Shown here: positions 1 through 14,113 of the stretch, piece after piece
Numbering within the stretch: the first letter of the stretch is position 1
Layout of the letters: the number at the start of each line of letters is the position of its first letter
Assembly: GCA_000165425.1 (NCBI GenBank)
Contig: CT867998.1
Coordinates: 1-64,000 of the forward strand
Reading direction: 5' to 3'
DNA length: 64,000 nt
Source of the DNA: Paramecium tetraurelia
Taxonomy: Eukaryota
The notes under the pieces: model-generated
Seen by the model: only the letters and a program-made list of their open reading frames with translations
Told to the model about the DNA's origin: nothing
Database searches by the model: none
Translations under genes and position numbers: made by a program

Positions 1-50
1 CAACTCCCAACCACCAAAACCCAAACCCAAACGCCAAACCCAACGCCCCT
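1..50. repeat. Degenerate telomeric repeat (Paramecium-type C3A3/C4A2) at the window start
   Basis: caactcccaaccaccaaaacccaaacccaaacgccaaacccaacgcccc contains CCCAAA-like units, then switches abruptly to AT-rich coding DNA. Paramecium MAC telomeres are T3G3/T2G4 mixtures. Confidence 0.8.
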
Positions 51-1009
51 GAATCAGGGCTACTAATGCACTGCTTTGGGATTGCAAGCGGCTCATTGCC
101 ATTTTTATTTTTTAAATGGCTTCATTGAATTTTCCTTGGCTAATTAATGAAGCTCCTAAGAAACGATGATAAGTAATTATAAGTTACCTAGATTATTGTA
201 AGCACTTTCATTTTTTGGGTTGATTTATAGGGCTAATTCAAAGCAAATTATAGCTTCATCAAATTTATTTAGATTCTTTAATGTAAGGCCTTTGAAATTT
301 ATAGGTAATCCAAAATACCTTTCAAATGATAGACAGAGTCATGATTATATCCCATCGATATTGAATCGTTTAAGGCTGTTAATGCTTCTTGAAATTATCC
401 CTCGTTAAACTAATTATTCCCCTAAAAATTAATATACAAATATTGATACCTTTCTCAAAGTAACTTTTGGCTTTATTCAGATATTATTAAGTATTATAAT
501 CAGTTAAAGCATTGACTTCGTCATCTATTCTAATATAATCTTATTTAATATTTTCAAGAGCAGACACAATAGAATTGATTGATGTTATCAATTTACCTAA
601 ATAATGCAATAAAAATACTGTTTTCAGTCTCATCAACCTTAGAATGATACTTTCGAAAGAATTTGATATCACTTTTAAAATTTAGATACTCTCCTTTTGA
701 TAAAAATTCATTCATTTTTAATATTTTCTTTAGGTTATTCTACACTTTCTTTTGCATTTGATTAATAAAATTATTGAAGCTGCTCTCAAAATTTTGTAAT
801 TTTCCATAATATTCATTTTCTTTTTGGATATATTCCTAGATATGTTCTTTGATTTTCTGAAATGGAAGACATTCAAATTAATGTTATTTCTAGTTAGTAT
901 TGAAACATTTAAAACAAAATTGAGGAGTTTAGTGGCATCCAATATTAATACAAAATCCTAAAATAGCTTCCTCAAGATGATCTTCATATCTACAATGAAA
1001 CTCGCCCAT
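51..1009 (-). CDS. Cys/His zinc-finger + coiled-coil + TPR-repeat protein, 3' end truncated at the telomere
   Basis: ATG at 1009 gives MGEFHCRYEDHLEEAILGFCINIGCHQTPQFCFKC. Four short GT-AG introns follow. TPR-like helices: YHLKGLTLKNLNKFDEAIICFELALQINPKNESAYNNLGASLISQGKFNEAIQ. No TGA occurs before the telomeric tract. Confidence 0.8.
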
Positions 1010-3129
1010 AATGTTTTAAGTTTATACTTAATTAATAAAACATAAATTATCAAGTAGTAACTAAGGAAGATAATTTTATTCTATTCTGTAATAATTTAAT
1101 ATAAAAGCAATCCATAAAGAAGAAATCCTTCTATCTAAAACTTATTCTCATCTACATACAGGATAAAATTATAAAATTTTGGATTCGCAACTTTTTAAAC
1201 ACCTTTTATAATCATTCTCTTTTTGCCAAAGCTTTTAACTTATTCAATACTTACCTTAAGGCATGATTTAAATTAAACAATATTACTAAATATTAGTCCT
1301 GTATGTATTGAAATTCATTTGAGATATTGAATAAAAATGATTAATAAAATTGAAGTATTCTTTCACACCCTTTTGAAGGTAAATAATATAATTAGTAAAG
1401 CAGTAATGACTTAAGCCAGAATTGTATTACTTAAATATAAGATTCATTTTATTTTGATTTAAATCTAGTAATAATGATTTTGTTTTATTAAAAATACAAA
1501 TGCGATATATGTCTCATATTTATTAATCCAAATGATTAATATTTATTATTTAGATATGGAAAAAACAATAAAATGAATTATAGAAATTGTATAAATCTGA
1601 ATTTATTGAATTATTTGATTGAATAAAAAGAGATACAAACATAACATGGTTTTTGATAATAAATATTATTTAATAGTTGTGCTTATTCTATATAAGTAAA
1701 TTGGGTATTATAACTTTATTCTTATTCTATTATTTTTAAGGTTGTAAAAATAAAAATATATGAAAATCAGAAAAATTATTCTCATTTATTTCTTAATTTT
1801 GTTATACTAAAATTTGGAAGTTAAAAACATTCAGAAATTGAAATAGACATTATAATTATATTAATTAATAGTAATTTTAATTAAAGCTTGTTAAAAATAT
1901 TTATTAATATCAACCACATTAAAATTTTATTTTCATTATAAAGTAATTGGGATGCTTTAGTTCATTTTTAATTGATATTATATCTGTATTTTTACAAAAT
2001 CAATGAATTTATATTGAGTAAATAATAATAAAATATTATTAAGTGATAGTGTAATCAATTAAATATATATATAGATGTTGTTTTTATTCGACAAGTACAT
2101 ATTTTATCAGTTGAATATAACATGATTAATTGAATGTCGAAATCTAACCTTCAAATGCATCTCTCTTTTTAAAATTGAGAATAGTAATAAAGTAAATATT
2201 CTAATGTTCTTTAGCTTAATAAATGTTATTCTGTAAAACAATGTAAAATGATTAATTCTAAATAACATGGTTTATCGATCGAATCAACTAGAGGTTATTT
2301 ATTTCATTTAATCAAAATTTTATATATTAATGGCTATTCGATTTTATTTGGATAATATTTGTTAAGTCGTAAAATAATTATTATTCTTTACTGTGAAGTA
2401 TTCTTATTTTTTTTCAGCATTCGAAAATGTGATACTCATTTACTAATATCATCAAATACATATTGATAGATTTACAATTAATATAAAAAATGGAGTATTT
2501 TTAGATGTAAAAAATTTTGCTATCAGATAAATTTTTCTCTTAAGCTCAATTTAGAAAGAATAATAATTACATTGAAAGATAATTAGAATCTATAAATTAC
2601 TTATCAGAGATCATGTTTGACTGTGAAGTATTTTCCATTTCTAATTAGATGTTTGTATATTCTTGTCATAGCCTCTAGGTTTTGATTTAGAAATGGAATT
2701 TATGTTCTTTATCATAGCTACTCATATTGTTAATAAATCATCAAAGAAGGAGGTTATTCTGAATATACATTTCACAGCAATGAATAAGTTTATTTATAAA
2801 TATCCTTGTCTGCAAAACAATAATATAGAATATAATATCAATACATACAAATGTAAATTATAAGGATAATAGTTTAAATATAAAATAGGATTCATAATTG
2901 CGAGAAGTTTTCAAGTCGAGATTTTCTTATAGGTTTATTAGGGAATAGTTAGTAGAAATTAGAATTTTAGTGTTAATTATTAGTGAAATTATATTTCAAT
3001 CTATTGTATATTATTATAAAAACATAGGTTTCTCCCAAGTTATTTTGATTATTAAACAAGAACATTGTTCTTTAATTATTTGAATATAATAACTAGATAT
3101 TTTTGATGTATCTCGAAGCATCTCAATAT

Positions 3130-3963
3130 CATGTTCTTTCAAATCTAGGTGTGGATCTGAGCATTTGATATATAACTTGGAGAATAGGTGGAATTCTGAG
3201 GTTGTAATACTTCACAAATTAAAAGGGACAGAAGGCTTTGATATCATATGGAGTCACCCCAGAAAATAAGTAATTTATTCTCATATAGATATCAAACCAG
3301 AAAATATTATGATTCAAAAATATTACAACCTTAACTTATTTAAATCATTGATTTTGGATTATCCTAAGAATTATATAGCAATTCTAAAGATGCATTTATT
3401 GGCTCATTAAATTTTGCCAGCAGACAATCGCACAAGGGAGAACAACTAGGTTACAAAGATGATTTAGAAAGTCTCTTGTATGTTTTGGTTTACTTAAGAA
3501 ATTGTAAGTATTTTCTTTAGCCTTAGTAACTTTGCCTTGGTTCCAAAAACCATCTTGGGGATGTAGGGAAGTAGACATCTAAGTCATTGGCAGGATCAAG
3601 TCATTTCATTTTAACACCACCTCCTTAACTCAGAATTTCCCTTTATAGTTTTAGGAGATCACGTCTTACATAGGCTCATTAAAGAACAACATCTTGCCAG
3701 ATTATGGTTATCTCAAAAGCTTGTTTTTGGAAATGATAAGAAAACTCTAGTGCTCTGGGTTCTAAATACATTAAGGCTTCGAATCTTAGAATGAAATAGA
3801 AACTTCAATTATGATTGGAAATTCTAATGAGAACAATAAAGACTATAAGTATTGTGACTAAGAGGATATGATAAGTTTTGAAACAAAAAATTTTTAAATT
3901 TCTAAATTAATTGGTAAATATATTCCCAATGCAATTAAATTAATAAGTGACATTAAAGCTTGA
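3130..3963 (+). pseudogene. Casein kinase 1-family kinase, decayed (internal deletions and frameshifts)
   Basis: Motif remnants: GSEHLIY, EVVILHKLKGTEG, HIDIKPEN (D at 3288) and IIDFGLS (D at 3350, out of frame with DIKPEN). Then GSLNFAS..H.GEQLGYKDDLESLLY..LPW to TGA 3961-3963. Spacing between N-lobe motifs is far too short. Confidence 0.75.
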
Positions 3964-4165
3964 GATTATTATTATCCTATATTTCAGTTCATATAAGTGT
4001 AATTATAAATATATATTGGTTATTTTAACATATGAACAGAATGGGCATATTGAAGGATAATTTTTATGTTAAATTTACTATCCCTGAGTATATTGTTATT
4101 GAATAACAGTTGAAATTTATGATTAATTATGTTTTTAAGGAATTATCCTTTTAATTAAATATAAT

Positions 4166-7100
4166 TCAATTGGCACCATAATATTTAAATAATTATGATA
4201 ATGAACTTTTTTCAGTAAAAATTTGGGCATTTTCCATTTCGCACTTCATCGCTTACATAACATAGTATTTAGGTATTGTTTTCAATCTATATAGAGTCTT
4301 TGAATTCTAAAAAGATATAATTGTATTGATACATTATCGCTATCATTTTATAATCTTAAAGATGAATCAATAAAATTATAATAAAAGACATTTCCACCTT
4401 TTATTAATATGATGAAATCGTTGTAATTTGATGAGAAAGAAGCATTTAATATACCTACTGCATAATCTAGCATAAACACAATCTAATATTGATCATTCTT
4501 TTCTTATTTGTTAAGCAAATACATTTAATAATCTTACTCTTAAATTAATAAGTGAGTCCCATTTTCGGAAAAGAAGACATGAATAATGTTGTATGAGAAA
4601 AATATGTTTTGAACAACATAAGGGTCCTCTAAATTGTGAATATCTATTATTTTAACAACTCCTTATCTTTTTTCGAAGCCTTATTCTTGTTCTCCTCCTA
4701 CACCTCCACATGCCATCGTATTATTATTCAAATCAAATGAAACAGAAAAAATCTGAAAATTTAGAATTTTATTTTCATATTAAACTGTTTATTAATTTGT
4801 AGACAAGATAAATTATTTTTTGTCATTACAAAATGCAAAGAAAGTGTTATCAAATTTATAAGAAATCACTTGTGACCAATTATATTCTGCTTTAAGACTT
4901 CTAACTTCCGTCCGAAAATCGACATTATATATTTACTTTACTAAGATAGTATCTCTCCCTGAATATGCTAGGAACTCACCATCTGTACTAAAAGCGATAG
5001 CTAGTCCATAAGGAATTTGAAAATAGTCGAATAAGCTTAGTTACTGGCCATTAATTGAGAATAATACAAAGTGATTGATAAAACCTTTTTCTTCCCTCAC
5101 GGCTAAAAAAATTGGTAATTTAGGAGAGAATACCACATGATTAAAGGGATGATTGAATCCCATCTATATATAAATTGGGACAGTATCAGCATTTCGAATT
5201 ATTGGATCAAATTTAAGTTAGTTAGTCTCATTTACCTGATCATACTCAAGAGATACAATAGATGATGAATCTGGAGAAAAATTAAATGTCTACCAAAAAG
5301 TAAGCACAAAAGATTAGACTACAGTTTAATCATCCAATTTCCAAATTACTACCCTTGGAGTTATATTTATTATTGTATTTCTTTCTGCTTCTTCAAAACT
5401 TATGTTGTTTAATGGAAAATATGATGCTGCTATGTATTTCCCATTTGGTGAAAATGAAACTTATAGGCATTCCTAGTTTTTGCATTCATTAGCAACAAGT
5501 TAAGTTTTGGAGTAAATTTTAAATTCTATATTTTAATTGCCAATTTCCTATGTGAACTAAACCTTCTTCTCCAATAATGTGTCATAATTAGAATAAAACA
5601 TTTCCCATAATATTATTTGATCTCCTTCATTGGATGCTATAATTAATTGTCTATTAGGAATCCAAGTACAGATATGTTAATTATCTAATAAATTTGGATT
5701 ATATTTGATCCTTAAGGGAATGGCAATTTAACCTGACTATTTTATATACCAAACTTTAATAGAATCATCTTAGCTTCTTGATGCAAGTAATTATCCATTG
5801 TAAGAATATTCAATTGACAAAATCTATTGAGAATGATTCAGTTTTTTTAATATAACTCCTTTTTCTTGATCGTATAAATTAATACTCCTTGGTTCTCTAA
5901 TCCCAACATAAGCAATTTAATGAACTTCAGTAGAGATGGCAATACAGACTATGTCACCGAATTCTGAATCGATGACGATTTATTGATTGAAATTATTGTT
6001 TGCATGGATAATAGATGGCACTTTCCATGTCTTCATTAGTTCTCGATCGTCTGTTATAAGTGCTAATAATTCTTGTTTACTGGAAAAGAAAATATTCTGA
6101 AACGAATAGATATCACGAATTATTTATAAGCGTTGTAAATCGTAAATGTTGGAACAGTCCCACAAAATAATACCATGACAAGACTATTTTGTAACCATTA
6201 AATTACCTTTTGGGGAAAAGCAGAATTAAGTTTGTTCATTTAAAATGTTGATGCATTCATCGTTCGGGCAATCCCAAAATATTATTTTGGATTAAAGCTA
6301 TAAAATGATCAACTACCCATTATATGAGAATTCTGCTTTTAATACTTCATTATCAAAAATTTAATAATACTTATTTGGGTTTATATCATTCATATTATAC
6401 ATTTTGATGTTCTCTTTAATGTCATTCCATTAGGCAATAACATTCATTTCAGGATTAATATTATAACACTGGGTTTTTTAATAGCCTTTAAATATCCTAT
6501 TAATACAATTATCTTGAGTATTCCACAGCACTAAATCCTCTTGAAATTATATGCCAATCTCCAGTTTGGAGTTGAATGTTATGAACTACAAAATTTAAAA
6601 TCTGAAATTTATCCTTTAAGTTTCAATTAAATTCTGGCCTTACCAGTTATAAAAAATAACATCTTCCATATTAGCAATTGCAAAGGTTTTTCCACTCAAT
6701 GAAGCATTAAATAAATCAGCTTCAATTGATTATACCAGAGATTCTCTCGAACTTTATAATTCAAATAATCTTAAGTTCTTATTCCCTTTAAACAAGAAGT
6801 AACTATTATTTTCATTAAATGCTAAATTGTTTATTTAGAATATAGGTTATGGGGAATGTCTGATTAGATGTTCTATTCCAATGTACTTAGTTTAAAGTGA
6901 TTATCCGTCAGCCCTCCAACATCTTAACCATCCATCAGGGTCAACTATACCCAATATTTCTGCATCAGGAGAAAACTGCAACGCATTGACAGGAGTGAAA
7001 TCTATTGGTTTCTGATATAGGATGTTCTCCAAAGTTTTAAAATCCCTCAAAATGATCTCTTTTTAAGAACAAGTTGCTACATATTATGTTTATTTGCCGA

Positions 7101-10100
7101 AATGGATATTAGATATTGCTACAGATTGAAAATGATCCTCCTTATCTGGGTTTTACACTTAATTAATTAGTTCGTAAGTTCTACAATCCCATTTTTTCAA
7201 CACTAGAACACTCAGAGAAATCATATAGTTTCCATCGGGAGTAAAAACTACTTATTCTACTTTCTCATTTTGAAAAAGGTTTGCAGTTTCTGCTATTTAA
7301 ATTTTATACCACTTCACATTATTTAATTTAGCAAAGTCAAAGTTACATCTATTGATAATCACATTTCTAAAAACAGATCCACTTAAATTGCAATTAAAAA
7401 AACTGATTCCAGAAATATCTGTATCTGATAATTCAATTTTCTAAAGGTCCTCTCCCCCAAGATTGAAATTCAGGAAAGATATCAAATACATGCAATTTGA
7501 TGAAACCCGCATATATTTAGAATCTTAGGACATTTTTATGATTTTAATTAGTTTTTCCTTGATTTTCTCAGTTTTTCGAAGGTCATCCTTCAAAACATTT
7601 AAGGCCCCTGTAAAATTACTACCTGTCAGATTGATTTGATTTAAATCACTATTACATATTATATTTATTTATCTTTCATCGATTAGAAGCCTTTTCAAGA
7701 AGCGAGCGAAATAATATTCTTGTATAATTTTATATTTAAAGCTACAGATATTTCCTTATTTAATAACTAAATAAGGATTATAGTGCAGTTATTCACACTC
7801 GCTTTATTGTTCCTCTATTTCATCATCCTCTTGTATTAAACTCAATTTTGTTGCTATAAGGTTGTTTATTGTCATTTAGAATGCCAAATTTTCACATTTA
7901 GTGTCAATCTCCTAGAGTACTTGATGAAATTCATATGATTCTATCTCATCTTCAAGTTATTTAGCATACTTTATGTTTAATTCATCTACAAAGGTTGCAA
8001 TAATTTAATACATTGTCAAATTATTAGCCCTCAATGCATCAATCAAAAGAATTGAATCATTTTTGATAGCGAAAACATCCTTATCCATTTGAATTCCTCT
8101 ATTATCACCCTTTAGAATATTGAAATATTGATATTATTTAAAAAATTTTTATTATTCCAATATTTATAACGCTTTCGATAGGTTTTCGTCAATACCTTCA
8201 AATTCAGGATCCATTTTTATCTACATTAAAGATGGGATATTAAGAGATTACGTATAACGATAGCTTTGAAGTTATGTGGAAGAGTTTGAATATTTCTACT
8301 TCAACCTAGAATAGGATTTTATTAGTTATTCTTTAAAATATCTATCTTTGAATGCGGTTCGCAAAGTGGACAATTACAAAACAAAAATTTCTAACTATAA
8401 TGGTGTTTAAGTGAGATTTTCAAATTGATGATTCTTTATAATTTCCATATAATTCATTGTACTTCTTAGTTTAGATATATCTTAAACGATCTTTTAAAAA
8501 AAGTCATGTTATATATTTTCTATCATTTTACTCCTTATGATTGCTTATTATAAATCCAAGTAATTATCATTTGGATTCATTAGATATTTGAGTTCACGCT
8601 CTTGTTGCTTAATGAATTTCTAAATTTCTTATTCAAGGTCTATCCAGATATTTTCAAATCCTTCATCGTTTTAATGTTATTGGATAAAATGATTAAATAA
8701 TATCTTTTTGATGCTTATTTAGTGATTCAATTAAAAATATTGTTACCTTTAATCATCATTAAATGGCAATAATTAGATTTCAGTAATCAAATTTATGTGG
8801 TTATGATTATAGGAGAAATATAACTAGTAATTTTATAAGTCTTTAAGTTCAGATCTTGCTGAAGCAACGAATTTCACTGTTTTACCAATCAATTTGATAT
8901 TAATATCTAAATGTTGAAAATTAAGTTTAATTAAATTCTATTTTACTATGTCTATTTTTACTTCATCTATATCATCTAGTAAAAATAACACCTTTATTTA
9001 TTGGGAGTTGACTGCCTTTACAAAATCATTATAGTATTAATCATTTCTAAATATCTACTTTAATTTGCCAACAAATAATTTATTATTCTCTGAGTATGGG
9101 TCTGAAGATAAAGATATAAAAATTGGAATCCATCTCTATGATTGGTATTGTTCCCATAATTTATTTTATATAATTCTTAACTCTCGGCTTTTGCCAGATC
9201 CCTAAGAACCAAAAAGTAATAACACTTCACACCATCCTTAGGCATTCTAAAGAAACTCATTGACCTCATGATAACACTCGAATTCAAATTTTTTTAGGGA
9301 ATTTACATAAATTAACTCTTAAGAGATTTTCTCTTATTCATTATACTTTTTAATTTTGAATCTTTATTCAACATATATTGGATTTATTTAACATTAACAG
9401 GTATCAATATGCATCTTTCTGCTCAATTATTCTACTTTATAAAGTTAAATGCACTCTTAATAACCACTAGCCGGCTCAATTCTTTTCTCGACAATTTTGT
9501 TGTTTTTTTTTCTTTGCTGCTTTTGTTGATATTCCATCATTGAGACGAATTGCTATATTTCTTAATACAGCTTCAAAGCTTCATCTTCTTTTCTATCCAA
9601 AAATGTCATCAGTTCCTATGTATTTTTAAAATTATTTATCAAATCATTAAGATCAATCATGTGATTTTTAGTTTCCTCATCTAACTATCTTACTTCAGCT
9701 TATAATGATTGCACATCTTCAAGCAATTCTTTCAACACACTAACTAAAGTATTGCTAGTCAACTCTTTAATTGATTTCTTCCAGTCTGGCAGAGTATTTT
9801 TTTTGAATAATCTAGAACTAGAGTCTTTTTCAAGAATCTAACTGATCACAAACTGTTTTGGCATATATTCACATGCGATTTCAGTTTTAAGAATCACTTG
9901 TGAATTTCTTATAAAACTTTTATTCATTATACTTTCAATTTCAGATAAATAGCTCAATTTTTTATTGATAAAATTGAGATCATCATTATCTAATTTCTTG
10001 TTTTTAATTTTTGGTAATGTAAAATAGTTTAATTCTAATTTATTTAATTCATCAAATGTTATTTGTTCATTTATATCAGGAATTCTGTTCGCATTATTCA

Positions 10101-12177
10101 TTTCAATATTTCTATTTAATCCATCCAAATTTAAATCCTTAATTGATTTTGTCAGATCCTAAAAAGCTTGGTTAAGTATGAATTTTAATTACTCTTATTT
10201 AGGTTCCTGAATAACATCATATATATATCTATTCACCTTTTCTTTTAAAATAATTAATGATTAAATATTAACGTTAACATCTTCTATATTCATTTTTATT
10301 TCTTATTCTTAGAAATTGAGATTGTCCTTCAATATCTTCCAATATTGAGTTTTAGGAAGATCTAGCCTATCCATTCCTTTCCTATATTCATCTAAAATTT
10401 TTTTTTTGTTCAACTTTTGCTTGCTTCTGTTTTTCAAAATCAAGTCCCATTTGAAACAGTTTATTTATAATTTTTGTAAATCCTCTAATGAAATTAATTG
10501 GTCAGATCTCAGTGTAAGGCTTGTGTCGTTATTGATTTAACTTATTTCCTTTTAATTTAAAAAGCCATTGGAAAATCTTGAAATTACCATTGATATAGAT
10601 GATTTGATAGGAACTTGTATATTGATGACTTCTTTGCCTTAAGGTGGATTGCCGCCACTAGCCAATCTTTTTTGTCTTTATTTCTTGGAGAACTGAAAGT
10701 ATTAATTTTCTTTCTGTGTTCTGAGTATATCAATCAAAGAATAAATAATTTATGGAAACTTAATTTTTTCACAGGTCTTAATGTGGCCATTAGGATTTTT
10801 AATTTATTTTTCTATCTCAATTATCTATTCAAATATCCTTTAATTACTCTGGTGAATTTCCTTAATATATTCTTCAAAACATTTTTTCTCGAAATCCTGG
10901 GATTAATTGGTGTTTACTAATTTAAGTTTTTATACTTCCAAAGCAATAGATTAGTAGATTTCATTTGTTATGTAAACAAACTTAAAGTATTATTTTTTCA
11001 AACTGGTCAACAGCTATTAATTTGATTAATTTTTAAACTTCTAAATTAGTAAATTTATTTTGTTAATCACATATTTTAAGGATTAACTTTACTTTGATAA
11101 AAATTTGATTGCTTCATAATAGGGATCAATTATTAGGTTTTCTCTGTTCTTGTCCTTTACTTTAAGTTCTGTGTAGAATTTCAAATAGGATTCGATTAGA
11201 AATTTTGATAATTCCTAAAATTTATTATGAACCAACATAGAATTCTTATTACCTTAAATAGGTTGATATTGTGCTTAAGCGATTAGATCGAATATTATTT
11301 GGATCCAATATTTGGTCAGAAGTAAGGGGTATTCATGTGATAAATGCTAAGAAAAGGTGTATTCAAGAATCTTTATCGGAATTTGAAGTGTTGGTTGATT
11401 TGGGATCTAAACCTACAAGATTACGGCCCATTTTATGATTTAATAAAAGCAATGCAGTTCAAAATGATTGATCTCTTTCTCTTTCTCATTCTCATTTGAA
11501 TCAAAATTATAATTTAATAATTGTTGATTTTCTTGAAACAATATATGCACATCGAATGTTTTTCGACTATTGAATAAATCCTTCCGAGTCAATTAATGAG
11601 GAGATTCATCCTTTCGACAATTTTTATAGGCAATTTCAATAATTGATATTTCATAAATGAAAAGATTTTGTGCTTTTGCTGCTTTTTACAGGTTTTCAAT
11701 AGCAGTAGCATATTAATTACGATGTTAATGATTCAAAAAGGAATTTTTTAGTCTTATTTGAAATTAATATATGATGTAGAATAAATCAAGACAGAATTAA
11801 ATCATTTCATGAGCCTTAATAGTTTAATGTTTGATAAAGGCTTATAAGGATGTGAGACAATCCAATTGGATGTTATAAATATCATTCCCATTTTCCATTG
11901 TAATTAAATAGCACATATTTGTTCTAATATATAGTTGTTACAAATTTTTATTCTAACTGAATAATGTGCTCATAACTTCTATTGCTTCTTCCTAAAATTA
12001 AGGAGCCTCTTCAAATTTTTATGATAATAGCACTAATTTATTAGCATTTTCCTTCAAAGCAAAGATAATGTTGTCTTTATTCTAGGCCATTAGCCTTCTT
12101 TCCTTTTTTATTAATTTAGCGCAGCATGCACCTCCTCCTCTCAGATTCATTTGTATATAATCTTGCAAGAAGCCCAT
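4166..12177 (-). CDS. Giant NACHT NTPase + pentapeptide-repeat + WD40 protein (NWD/NLR-like STAND protein), ~2661 aa
   Basis: Starts MGFLQDYIQMNLRGGGACCAK. Walker A LLLFGSQGSGKS (~9187-9222), Walker B VLFLLDDIDE (~8962-8991), FVASAR, pentapeptide-like NLGGEDLQKIELSDTDISGISFFNCNLSGSVF (~7370-7465), then many degenerate WD40 units. One 26-nt intron (4332-4307) restores the frame to LFKYYGAN-TGA. Frame was consistent at all spot checks, but not every codon was checked. Confidence 0.88.
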
Positions 12178-12893
12178 TAAAATTTAATAATTATAATAAT
12201 CAGATGTAAGATTATCCAAATAATATTTGTAAAGAAATATTATTGTAATAAGTTGAGATCAAACAAAGTGTAAAGCCAAAGAATGCTCTCACAAGCAGAA
12301 TCAATGTATTAAATCAACAAAACTCAATCAAGTTATTCATCTTCTAACATATTAGAGAATAATTAAAAGATGTTATTAATAATAGAATTAAATTATAATC
12401 TTAGACTTAAACAATTCTTTAAATTCTATTGCTAAATGTTTAAATCAAATTTAGGTTTAACAATAAATTTGATTTATATTCTCTTTTCATTTTTGAGAAA
12501 TTTAATTATTGGTATTCTTTACAAATTAAAAAATAATAAATATAATAGATCATGCCCATAATATTAAATGAAACTTATTTATCTTTAATAATTCTATAGA
12601 TTTAATTGATAATATAATAAAGAATCTAATTAGTACTAAATTAAGAGGGTTTCATTCGAAAATGTTTGATTCAAAATTTGACAAAATACAAAAATATTCT
12701 TGATTATGTAATTAATTCTTTTTAATACATTTGAATGGAAGAATATTTAATTTTAATTCTCTATTATTAATCAATACCTTTATATATAGAAAAGAAAATT
12801 TAACAATAACATTAGTAATTATATAATACTATTAGTTTTATGTTAGTTAGAATATATATAATTATCATAAAATTTAATAGAAATATAATTATA

Positions 12894-14113
12894 ATGTTAA
12901 AATTTTGTTATTAATCACAAGAGGTTTATACTTTTGAAAATTATGATAACTTGATGAATTCTTTTAGTTTAGATGATTTTCAATCAGGAAAATTTGATTC
13001 GCCTAATAATATGATTACTTTCAATATAAATCACAGTAGATGTATAAGACTAAGTGATCTCCTATTTTACATTGTAATTATATATACCTTCATTTATTTA
13101 TAGTAAATAGACTTTGTTAGGATTAATTGCTTCATTTATTTCTATCTATATTAAAAAAGGTAGAATTAATAGAAAGCTAAGGACTTGAACATGAATATCT
13201 GGATATTAATAGAATTTGGCTGTATTTTAAAGAAGATAGTTAATATCCAGGTCTAATTTATTAAATATTACATTATTCAATTCATTTCACTGGATATTCA
13301 TGTTCATTAAAGTATGGGTTTGGAGTAAAATAAAAAGCATCTATTTAAATTCAAGAAATCATATGTTAAATCATTGATTCATGTTCAAATAGAATAAAGT
13401 AGTAAAAAAATAAAGATTAGAACAAATAAATATGCAAAGAGATATTATAACGAATTTAAGCTTTATGTAAAACAAACTCAAGTATTCCAGTAATCATCCT
13501 TTATCTTGAAAACACAATATGTTTTTATAAAGAAGATAAATATATTGAGAATAAGCTTGTTTAATTATTGAATCTTGATGATACAGATATTAAACCAGAA
13601 AGATAAAAAGTGATTGGTGAAGTTAATAATATCATAAAATAAATTATTGAAATTGGAAATACATATGGATAAGTTTGTGTTGAATTATTATTGTAAGATG
13701 CAATTACAAAAATAACTCAAAATTTGACAAATCTTTCATTCAATAGATAGAGTTATGAAATCAATGTTTAAATTAAATTCAAATAATTAAAAGATAAAGA
13801 ATAAGAACTACAAATATTAGTAGAACAATAAATTAAAAACTAGATAATATATTTTATTCAACAGTACGAAAAGGATTTTAAATTTGAAATAGATGAAGAA
13901 GAAATCATATAACTTCAATAATGTATCGTTAATTCTATACTTTAATCTCCACAAGTTAGACATTATTATAATACGTATTAGTATCAAAAGGACTCTGAAA
14001 TTAATAATTATATATTTTCAGCAATAACAAAAATTTAATAACAAATTCTAAAAGATGGAGTAGAATCAATATTCATATACAAAATATTATAATTGATTAA
14101 CGATTTGATATGA
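12894..14113 (+). pseudogene. Uncharacterised pseudokinase-like family member A1, frameshifted by a 10-nt deletion
   Basis: Near-identical reverse complement of 18711-19940, but lacks tcaatttggt just after the 30-nt intron (~13123). Length is 1220 vs 1230 nt, and the shifted frame reaches TGA at ~13569. Confidence 0.8.

Noticed and set aside
13115..13135. The 10-nt deletion in copy A1 as a cryptic IES excision
   Set aside because: The missing segment is not bounded by TA on both sides and is below the ~26-bp minimum IES size.
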